From IMG/VR virus record IMGVR_UViG_3300044491_001439: 64,000 nt of DNA; one strand, 5' to 3'. A program made the position numbers and the translations under genes. The notes beneath the pieces were generated by a model. That model made no database searches. It saw only the letters and a list, made by a program, of their open reading frames with translations, and had not been told where the DNA came from. The stretch is from an uncultured virus (IMG/VR IMGVR_UViG_3300044491_001439) (Duplodnaviria; Heunggongvirae; Uroviricota; Caudoviricetes; Kyanoviridae). This document shows positions 17,163-24,486 of this stretch, in pieces (the first letter of the stretch is position 1; each line of letters starts with the position of its first letter).

Positions 17163-18854
17163 TTAATCATTTGGAGCATAGACAAGTTTCTGAATCTCTG
17201 GTAGATAGAGGTATTCAATATCACAGTTATTGAGAGTCTTTACAGCATCTTCAATAGTTTCAACCAGAGGTTCTCCTCCCAGGTTGAATGAGGTGTTGAA
17301 CAAGATAGGAACTTCGCTCAACTTCTCAAAAGCATCAATAAGATTATAGTAATGCTCATTCTGCTCTGGCGTTACAGTTTGAATACGGCATGTATCATCA
17401 ACATGAATAACTGAAGGAATCTTTTCTGCCACACCCTCGTGACACTTGACAGCATACATCATGTGAGGTGTCTCCTCACGACCAGCAAGGTCGAACCAAT
17501 CATGAACTGCTTCTTTCTTGATCGAACATGCGAATGGGCGGAACCACTCTCGACGCTTGACGGTATTGACATAATCTTTACCATCTTTTGCGGTGGGATC
17601 GAACAGAATAGATCTGTTGCCAAGTGCTCGTGGACCGCCTTCAGAACGACCCTGATAGATAGTTACGATGTTACCTTCACGAATCAGTTTAGCGACACCA
17701 TCGTAAGAAGTTTCAGTAACTTCCAGACCTTCTAGATCTGCTTCATAACCAGAAGGATCATATTGAGGACCATAGTAAACAGACTCTTGCTTGCTAGGAG
17801 TCTTGGTTTCTTCTAGTTTGTGGTGTACATATTTTGCTCCACCAATAGAAGTACCACCGTCATGTGAGATAGGCTCGCAGTAGATATTGAGATCAGGAAA
17901 CTCCTTCCAATACTTGTAGTTCGCAACGCAGTTGAGACCGTAACCACCACAGACAACAATATTAGTTTTGCCAGTTAACTCATGTGCTCTACGAATTAAT
18001 GTTACCATTCTATCTGATGTTTCTTGTTGAATCTTGTAAGCAAGATCTTTCTGCACATCAGTAAATTCATTTTCTCTATGACGTTGTACATCTTCCTTCA
18101 AGATATCATAACGTTGATAGTTTAATGCAGCAGCATTTGGATAATTTGGAATAATTAATTCTCTATTACCCCACTCTCCATCAGGTGCAAAAAATGAAGG
18201 GAGATCTTCGTTAGGTTTGCCGTAAGGAGACAGACCCATAAGTTTACCGGCTTCGATAGATGGGAACCCACAGTATTGTGTTACGGCTTCATACATTTTT
18301 GTATGACCAGGATATTCTGTAACAAAAACATTATCCTGTTCAAACATACCACAAGGAGTCCGGGTTCCGATATGTTTCCATACAGTATCAAAACCATTTT
18401 CGTAATCAGCATCAAAGATAGTTTCAAACTCGTAACCAACATCTTTAATGGGTTCTCCTAAATCAAGGAAACTTCCAGCGCCATCAGCGATTACAATAGC
18501 AGCATCTTGAAATCCTGAATTATAAAATCCACATGATGCATGCATTTCATGGTGAATATTATCGATAAAGTGAGTCTTAAACTCAAACTTTTTTCTAGCA
18601 ATTTTTCTTACAAGAGATTCGTAAATATCTTCTCCAGTCCAGTCAGAAGTAGGACCATGACGATGCGTGTGACACACCACCAAATGATCAATAGTATCTA
18701 CATAATCAAATGCTTTAATAATACCCATTAACGGAGTACCATCATATTTAAATCTAGAAAGTCTTTCTTCCTCTAGATAAAAAATAATTTCTCCGTCTTT
18801 CATCAAAGTTGTACTGCCATTATGTCCTCTGGCAATCGATAAAATAGTTGTCAT
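17163..18854 (-). CDS. O-carbamoyltransferase (NodU/CmcH/TobZ family), copy 1
   Basis: EEERLSRFK, HHEMH, DGAG, GKLMGLSPYG, GGYGLNCVAN, GPRALGNRSIL, KRREWFRPFA, HVDDTCRIQTV, NTSFN. Confidence 0.94.
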   Translation of the reverse strand: MTTILSIARGHNGSTTLMKDGEIIFYLEEERLSRFKYDGTPLMGIIKAFDYVDTIDHLVVCHTHRHGPTSDWTGEDIYESLVRKIARKKFEFKTHFIDNIHHEMHASCGFYNSGFQDAAIVIADGAGSFLDLGEPIKDVGYEFETIFDADYENGFDTVWKHIGTRTPCGMFEQDNVFVTEYPGHTKMYEAVTQYCGFPSIEAGKLMGLSPYGKPNEDLPSFFAPDGEWGNRELIIPNYPNAAALNYQRYDILKEDVQRHRENEFTDVQKDLAYKIQQETSDRMVTLIRRAHELTGKTNIVVCGGYGLNCVANYKYWKEFPDLNIYCEPISHDGGTSIGGAKYVHHKLEETKTPSKQESVYYGPQYDPSGYEADLEGLEVTETSYDGVAKLIREGNIVTIYQGRSEGGPRALGNRSILFDPTAKDGKDYVNTVKRREWFRPFACSIKKEAVHDWFDLAGREETPHMMYAVKCHEGVAEKIPSVIHVDDTCRIQTVTPEQNEHYYNLIDAFEKLSEVPILFNTSFNLGGEPLVETIEDAVKTLNNCDIEYLYLPEIQKLVYAPND

Positions 18855-18867
18855 TTCAGTTCCTTAA

Positions 18868-20001
18868 TTATTTTGCAATATTGACAGAGTTGGAAAACCC
18901 TGGTGGTTTTGATGCAATTGCATCCTGGGTAACTTGTAAGTCCGAAAAAATATTTGGTTTGTCTTTCTTTTGATCTGGGGGCGATTGTTGTGTAGTATCG
19001 CAACCTTGATCTCCACATCCATATTCTTGTGGCAATATTACTTCTTGCTCTGGTTTACGATACCACTTGTTCATCAGTTTGTCCACTGATTTCATAATGA
19101 CCTCTTCTACTTTGTCATTCATAGCCATGATGCCATCATTTGATCTATATGATTCATCATCCATAGCGATTCTGATAGGATCATAAACTCTTTGTCCCTC
19201 GCCCATATCAAGAAGATCAAATTTTTCATAATCAGGATATGAAATATTTTCAGCAAAAGTAGATCCAACTACAACAACTGCTGGAGTATCAAATGATTTT
19301 GCTAAATGCTGTCCAACAGAATCGCAACCAAGAAAAAGATCTGCTTCTTTTACAATACCTGCCCATGAACGAAGGTCTACACCTTGAGATGCTGGAATAG
19401 AAATAGTATCTCTTAAACCTGCTTCTTCAGGATTTAAAGGAACTTCACTGAACCAAATAACAGAATATTTTTTTTGTAGTCTTTTTACGATAGAGATAGC
19501 ATTATAATATTCAAAACTTCTTCCAGAAGAATCAAAAATTAAGTTACCTTGTGATTGAATTCCTCTACCAAAAGGTTGGAAGACAACTGTTTTCTTTTTA
19601 TTTGTTTTCTGTCTAACTTCCGAAACAATCATCATACCTTTGACCGATTCATCTCTGGTCAATTTAATAGTAGGATCTGGAAGTTCTCTAATTCCCTTGT
19701 TGTTGATAGCGATATCAAATGCTTGTGGAAGATTACACTTCTGATTATAATACTCCCAGACACGATATGGTTCTGGAGTGCAAATGTCCGTATCCTTTAG
19801 TTTATCCTGGAACAAATTCTTGTGCCAGTGATCATAAACCTTGCTGTATAACGTAGGATGTCCTCGGAAGAAATCGCTTCCTCCCTCACAAACAATTACG
19901 AAGTCTTCATCTGGATGATCTTCCTGATATTTTTCAAAAGCAGGAATCGAACAGATCACGCGACCAGCGCCGCCATTAACAAAAAATGATTTCGGTCTCA
20001 T
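18868..20001 (-). CDS. Divergent GT9-like (heptosyltransferase-like, GT-B) glycosyltransferase
   Basis: N-terminal GGAGRVICSIPA; C-terminal LRSWAGIVKEADLFLGCDSVGQHLAKSFDTPAVVVVGST matches the WaaC/WaaF signature ADLxIGxDSGxxHLAxAxxxPxVxLFG. Confidence 0.75.
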   Translation of the reverse strand: MRPKSFFVNGGAGRVICSIPAFEKYQEDHPDEDFVIVCEGGSDFFRGHPTLYSKVYDHWHKNLFQDKLKDTDICTPEPYRVWEYYNQKCNLPQAFDIAINNKGIRELPDPTIKLTRDESVKGMMIVSEVRQKTNKKKTVVFQPFGRGIQSQGNLIFDSSGRSFEYYNAISIVKRLQKKYSVIWFSEVPLNPEEAGLRDTISIPASQGVDLRSWAGIVKEADLFLGCDSVGQHLAKSFDTPAVVVVGSTFAENISYPDYEKFDLLDMGEGQRVYDPIRIAMDDESYRSNDGIMAMNDKVEEVIMKSVDKLMNKWYRKPEQEVILPQEYGCGDQGCDTTQQSPPDQKKDKPNIFSDLQVTQDAIASKPPGFSNSVNIAK

Positions 20002-20031
20002 AAAATCAATCTACAATGATTTAAGTATAAT

Positions 20032-20038
20032 TATTTAG
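20032..20038 (-). promoter_or_regulatory. Late promoter (CTAAATA) for the GT9-carbamoyltransferase-heptose operon
   Basis: TAAATA 30 nt before GT9 ATG, just downstream of a terminator. Confidence 0.6.
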
Positions 20039-20043
20039 GCACT

Positions 20044-20070
20044 AAAAAAAGGGGTGGTTTTGCCCACCCC
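20044..20070 (-). terminator. Rho-independent terminator
   Basis: GGGGTGG-GCAAAA-CCACCCC followed by T7 on minus strand. Confidence 0.85.
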
Positions 20071-20091
20071 TGTATATGTTATTTGATTATA

Positions 20092-20817
20092 TCAACCCGG
20101 TCCTACATCAGCACCTGCTTCTTCTTGCTCATCATCGGGACCAGGATCATTAATAGGCCATGATGGGAAACCGATTCTCGCTTGATGAACGCCCGAAAAT
20201 CTGGTGTAAAGATTTTGAAGTTCCGTAATGTATGCATTGATAGCAGTAGTCTGATCTGCAGTCACTTCATTCTCTTCAGCAGCAATAAATTCTTGCGCTT
20301 GTACAATTAAAGAATCTCTCATTTGCTTATGCTCTTCCATAGTCATAGGAGCAGATGCAAAAGGAATAGCATCAATATTCCAAGATTCTGCTTCTAAATC
20401 ATAGGTAACATTCATAACATCATAGACATCATTGAGAGGAAGAGGATCTGGCTCTGTGTGATATGGTTCTGATTCACCATCTAAAGTATATGAAACAGTA
20501 TTCCAATCATCAGAAGATGTATTTTGTCCGGCACAAATAGCAGCAATCACTGTATCATCATCACTCGTTGTGCAATCAAGAACTACCACCCGACGAGACA
20601 GACCTGCTCTTGTGATCATACCGTCTTTATCTTCTTGATTTCCTGACCAAGGATGGAAACCTTCTTCTGGATGGAGAACACCATCTTCTGCACCAACAAA
20701 AACAAATCCTTTTGCTGGTCCATTATAAACTGCAGTGGCAGTATTGCCATCTACAGAAGTTGAACCGTAATAAGAATCAGGTAATTTATATGAATATGCT
20801 TTAGAAATATCAGACAT
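20092..20817 (-). CDS. Tail-fibre assembly chaperone-like protein (241 aa, acidic)
   Basis: C-terminal HKQMRDSLI...AYITELQNL...IGFPSWP resembles the R-x2-R-D...Y-R-x2-L-R-D...W-P tail-assembly-chaperone pattern; directly downstream of the Cys-rich genes. Confidence 0.55.
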   Translation of the reverse strand: MSDISKAYSYKLPDSYYGSTSVDGNTATAVYNGPAKGFVFVGAEDGVLHPEEGFHPWSGNQEDKDGMITRAGLSRRVVVLDCTTSDDDTVIAAICAGQNTSSDDWNTVSYTLDGESEPYHTEPDPLPLNDVYDVMNVTYDLEAESWNIDAIPFASAPMTMEEHKQMRDSLIVQAQEFIAAEENEVTADQTTAINAYITELQNLYTRFSGVHQARIGFPSWPINDPGPDDEQEEAGADVGPG

Positions 20818-20844
20818 GACCTTTATACATTCCTTTTGTGATAG

Positions 20845-20852
20845 TATTTATA
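20845..20852 (-). promoter_or_regulatory. T4-type late promoter TATAAATA
   Basis: Perfect consensus; AAGGA SD before ATG 20817. Confidence 0.7.
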
Positions 20853-20869
20853 AAAATAATAGATAAGAT

Positions 20870-21772
20870 TTACTTGTAACTAATGCGAACCATTCCGCCG
20901 TGACCACCCGATCCACATACTGGACCGTTTTCGCAAGTAGATGCTGTGACTCCGCCAAATCCAGGAACTCCGTTTGTATGGCAGAAGTTGCCTTGTCCAA
21001 ATCCAACTGTCCTTTTAGCAGCACACCACTCACAGTAGTGACAGTTACAGTGACCACACTGGTGTCTGGCGGAAACATATCCTCCTTTAGCACTTACCAA
21101 TCCACCAGGATATGGGAAGAAGAACTTGTTGTGGCATCTGTTACCATAACACATTGCATAGTATGCTGCAGGTAGTCCAAGAGAACCACCATCAGCACCA
21201 TAGAATACTGCACAGCATCCATAAGTGCATTGAGATTCATTTCTTCTTGGCGTCAACCAAGTACAACTTTGAAGATTACAATAGCTACAACCACCAAATC
21301 CACCTTCTGAACAGAAGTTAGAAAGACCGTTTCCTGTAATATAAGTTTTACATCCTCTACGTCCAGATTTAGATGCAGTTCTGCAAGTACTCATTGCGAC
21401 ACAAACTTGATATTGGCATCCAGCAACTACATCATCACCTTTGAGTGCCTTGTATGCATAAGCACCAGCTCCGCCACTAGGTCCATGAGAACAGCAGCAA
21501 GATACTGCTCCGCCACCGCCACCACCCCATGCTTCAAACAGAACCTCTGTGGTTCCTGCCGGGATAGTCCAGTTTGGATAATAAGCGTAATGATAGTTAT
21601 TACAGAAATCTTCTGGAGTATCAATACCCTGCATACCATATCCACCAGGACCAATGTATTGAACATTGTATCCTTCTAGTGGATAAGATGGTAATAAAGT
21701 ATCTGGGTCATATGCTTTTTCAGCATTACCAGTATCTAGGAGACCTAGTAAATCTCTTAAGTTAGATGCCAT
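20870..21772 (-). CDS. Cys/Gly-rich putative fibre-tip protein, paralog 3 (300 aa)
   Basis: WTIPAGTTEVLFEAWGGGGGG...GGAGAY...GCKTYITG..LSNFCSEGGFGG...GGMVRISY (Gly-rich virion domain); 25 Cys by manual count. Confidence 0.75.
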   Translation of the reverse strand: MASNLRDLLGLLDTGNAEKAYDPDTLLPSYPLEGYNVQYIGPGGYGMQGIDTPEDFCNNYHYAYYPNWTIPAGTTEVLFEAWGGGGGGAVSCCCSHGPSGGAGAYAYKALKGDDVVAGCQYQVCVAMSTCRTASKSGRRGCKTYITGNGLSNFCSEGGFGGCSYCNLQSCTWLTPRRNESQCTYGCCAVFYGADGGSLGLPAAYYAMCYGNRCHNKFFFPYPGGLVSAKGGYVSARHQCGHCNCHYCEWCAAKRTVGFGQGNFCHTNGVPGFGGVTASTCENGPVCGSGGHGGMVRISYK

Positions 21773-21786
21773 TTTATTTTAACCTA

Positions 21787-22704
21787 TTAGTTACACATAT
21801 GTAGAGAACAATCCGCGTTGACTCCCATCCAACAGGAGCAATAGGTGATGCGAATCATACCACCCGGTCCTGGTGTGCCGCATTGGCAAGTAGAACCACA
21901 ACTAATCGCACTTGCATTACCAAATCCAGGAATACCCATGGAATAGCACCAGGGATCTCCAGAGAATGGCATATTGATGAAGCAATGGTTTTGCTCGCCA
22001 CAAGTTGTATTAGTACAATAATGAGTAGTTGACCATCCACCACTATGATCAATAATTCTTGGTGGATATGGAAGCATTGCTTTTACAGCACAACTAGATC
22101 CCTGACATTGGGATCTAATAAATCCTGGTCTACCTTGAATATTACAATCTCCACCATATGCTAAAGGACCATAACCTAAACAATCGGATTCAGACCCACT
22201 ACAGAAATCAATTCTATCTAGAGCATAATTTCCTGCAGTTTGCCAAATACCGCAACAAGTACATCCACCGAATCCACCATCGGCACAGAAGTTAGTTAAG
22301 TTACATCCGGTGATATAAGTTTTACATCCTCGGCAGCCACGTTGACTGCTGCTATTACAAGTTGCAGTTCCTACACACATGCTGTAGCAGTAACCACCTT
22401 CAATATCTGGATACGATAAAGTCTTGACTGAATATGCACCTGTAGTACCAGGAACACCGCTCATACAGCAGCAACTGCCAGCACCAGCACCACCGCCACC
22501 CCAGATTTCAAAAGTTGCTCGTGTAGTTCCACATGGGACACACCATCTGCAAATACAGTTAGTATTTGCACATTGACAATAACAATTTCGGTTCATGTCC
22601 ATGAAAACCCAGACTTTTCCGTCATGGATTGGTTCTGTGGTTGTACCTAGACCCCCAACAGTGGAAGTAAATTCTCTTCCTAATAGATTTCTAATACCAG
22701 CCAT
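21787..22704 (-). CDS. Cys/Gly-rich putative fibre-tip protein, paralog 2 (305 aa)
   Basis: WCVPCGTTRATFEIWGGGGAG...GCKTYITG..LTNFCADGGFGG...GGMIRITY; 36 Cys by manual count. Confidence 0.75.
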   Translation of the reverse strand: MAGIRNLLGREFTSTVGGLGTTTEPIHDGKVWVFMDMNRNCYCQCANTNCICRWCVPCGTTRATFEIWGGGGAGAGSCCCMSGVPGTTGAYSVKTLSYPDIEGGYCYSMCVGTATCNSSSQRGCRGCKTYITGCNLTNFCADGGFGGCTCCGIWQTAGNYALDRIDFCSGSESDCLGYGPLAYGGDCNIQGRPGFIRSQCQGSSCAVKAMLPYPPRIIDHSGGWSTTHYCTNTTCGEQNHCFINMPFSGDPWCYSMGIPGFGNASAISCGSTCQCGTPGPGGMIRITYCSCWMGVNADCSLHMCN

Positions 22705-22710
22705 GACTTA

Positions 22711-23694
22711 TTACGCTCCTGATGATGGATATAATGTGAACCTAATTGCTCCAGTAGCGCCTGTACCACCACAGTAACAAGTATAACAACAACCTAGGTT
22801 ACCAGTACCTCCACCCATTCCTGGAGGACCTCCCCACATGCAAGTACTACTACCTAAACCTGGGAAAATACCGCCGCTATTATTTGCTCTTTCTGGTTCA
22901 GTGCAGGTCCAGCATGTTCCAGTGCACTCGGTGCAATGAGAGCCATATACTGCATATGTACCAAACTTGCCCATCAAACCACCTGGCATTGGGTTATACC
23001 ACTTTCTGCCTGCTTGGTTTCTGCAGCAGCAATCTGACTGAATATACGAAGCAGTAATGCCAGTATAACAAGTACCTTCTTCTTCTTTTGCTTTTCTAGC
23101 TGCTTCGTTGAAAGGAGCATTTACTGATTCGTGCCAGCAGCAATATGCTGGGGTACAACCACAGTTGCTGCAGCAGTTGTTGCCAATATTGGTGGTGCAA
23201 CCATACGCTGGGTTATTAAATCCACAACAGATTCCACTTGCCTTTCCACCGTATCCACCTTCTGCACAGAAGTTGTCTAGACCAGGACCGGCTACATAAC
23301 TCTTACAACCCATACAACCACCAACGCAGTTAGCACAGCAGTTTGCCATACCAACACACATAAGATAACATTGGTTATCAAAGTTATCTAACGTCAGATC
23401 ACTGGCGCAAAGAATTCTGCTATTATATTCTCCCGAATATCCAGCAACTCCTAGAGACTGGCACTGGAGTCCTGAACCCATTCCACCACCACCCCAGATT
23501 TCGATCCGAAGTTTACATGCTCCTAAAGGAGGAACACACCAACACAGTCTTTGACTTTCGTAATTGTCACCACCATTTCCTTGAGCACATTGCACTCCTC
23601 GGAAAGAAAACATGATACCACCCTGACCAAACGCAGTAACTGGTGGCAAATCTGCTTCTGTTGCAAAATCTAGTAAATCTCTTAAACTTGACAT
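22711..23694 (-). CDS. Cys/Gly-rich putative fibre-tip protein, paralog 1 (327 aa)
   Basis: WCVPP...IEIWGGGGMG...GCKSYVAG..LDNFCAEGGYGG...GAIRFTLY; 36 Cys by manual count; AAGGAGG SD. Confidence 0.75.
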   Translation of the reverse strand: MSSLRDLLDFATEADLPPVTAFGQGGIMFSFRGVQCAQGNGGDNYESQRLCWCVPPLGACKLRIEIWGGGGMGSGLQCQSLGVAGYSGEYNSRILCASDLTLDNFDNQCYLMCVGMANCCANCVGGCMGCKSYVAGPGLDNFCAEGGYGGKASGICCGFNNPAYGCTTNIGNNCCSNCGCTPAYCCWHESVNAPFNEAARKAKEEEGTCYTGITASYIQSDCCCRNQAGRKWYNPMPGGLMGKFGTYAVYGSHCTECTGTCWTCTEPERANNSGGIFPGLGSSTCMWGGPPGMGGGTGNLGCCYTCYCGGTGATGAIRFTLYPSSGA

Positions 23695-23722
23695 TTGTTT
23701 ATCCCTCCTTTAGTAATATTAA

Positions 23723-24049
23723 TTAGTTAGAAAGAATAGACCATCCGTAAGAAGTACCGGTAAAGTACAATTCTAAAGATGTATTTTTAATATCAATGTC
23801 TAGATCATCTTCGATGTTAGCAATTTTGTTACCATTTCTGGCAACAGTTACCTTGACTAGCCCGCAGTTTCCAGCAGCGTCAATAAAATTAACTCTATCA
23901 CCAATTCTTGGATTGAGAGGAAGAGTTACGACAAAAGTTGATCCTCCAGAAGTATCGAGAAGAAGAATTTCTCCTGCTGCAGCTGTATGAGTACCAGTTA
24001 CCCCTACACTTGCTCTAGATTCTGTTGGTGTACTAATAGAACGTCCCAT
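23723..24049 (-). CDS. Small virion protein, T4 gp9/gp10 N-terminal-like domain (108 aa)
   Basis: LDTSGGSTFVVTLPLNPRIGDRVNFIDAAG...VTVARNGNKI...GW; AAGGAG SD. Confidence 0.65.
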   Translation of the reverse strand: MGRSISTPTESRASVGVTGTHTAAAGEILLLDTSGGSTFVVTLPLNPRIGDRVNFIDAAGNCGLVKVTVARNGNKIANIEDDLDIDIKNTSLELYFTGTSYGWSILSN

Positions 24050-24074
24050 TGGTTTTATGCTCCTTTATACTTAT

Positions 24075-24081
24075 TATTTAT
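24075..24081 (-). promoter_or_regulatory. Late promoter ATAAATA
   Basis: 25 nt upstream of the 108-aa gene. Confidence 0.55.
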
Positions 24082-24401
24082 TAAACAGTTGATTCTTCGA
24101 CGCCGTACACAGACACACTAACACTTGCATCGCTAGAGAAAGCTACGACTCGTTTTCCTGTATCAAGGACGATACCAGTTCTTTCAAGAACACCATAACC
24201 AGCGATTTCTGCTTCATACTCAACGTACTCTGCTGCTAGTGGTGTAGTACCAATTGATAATGCAATACGTACTGTAACCGGTGTTGCATTAATGTTTACA
24301 ACATTGATATTTGCGTATGATACGGTGTCCGCAGGGGTCGTATATACTGTAGTATTTGTAGTAGCATTCAGGGATTGTTGCCCTAGGACTCCAGAAGCCA
24401 T
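24081..24401 (-). CDS. Small virion adaptor protein (106 aa)
   Basis: VYTTPA...INVVN...VRIAL...YVEYEAEI...VLERTGIVL...SVYGVEE beta-sandwich pattern; AAGGAG SD. Confidence 0.7.
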   Translation of the reverse strand: MASGVLGQQSLNATTNTTVYTTPADTVSYANINVVNINATPVTVRIALSIGTTPLAAEYVEYEAEIAGYGVLERTGIVLDTGKRVVAFSSDASVSVSVYGVEESTV

Positions 24402-24440
24402 TTAACGTTCTCCTTATTTAAAAAAGCTTGATTTATTCTT

Positions 24441-24451
24441 TATTTATTTAT
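24441..24451 (-). promoter_or_regulatory. Late promoter (ATAAATAAATA)
   Basis: Overlapping TAAATA copies immediately after the terminator. Confidence 0.55.
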
Positions 24452-24452
24452 G

Positions 24453-24476
24453 AAAAGGGGTGCCTATAGGCACCCC
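24453..24476 (-). terminator. Rho-independent terminator
   Basis: Perfect 20-bp palindrome GGGGTGCCTATAGGCACCCC (24457-24476) followed by TTTT on minus strand. Confidence 0.8.
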
Positions 24477-24486
24477 CCTACTGGTA

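Noticed and set aside
13012..20001. Cassette as contaminating bacterial LPS-locus DNA
   Set aside because: Flanked by phage structural genes, uses T4-type TAAATA promoters, has similar base composition and compact phage-like gene sizes
20870..23694. Cys-rich proteins as multiheme cytochromes, ferredoxins or RiPP precursors
   Set aside because: No recurring CxxCH or CxxCxxCxxxC pattern; about 300 aa with a Gly-rich virion scaffold in a late structural operon; no radical SAM or peptidase gene nearby
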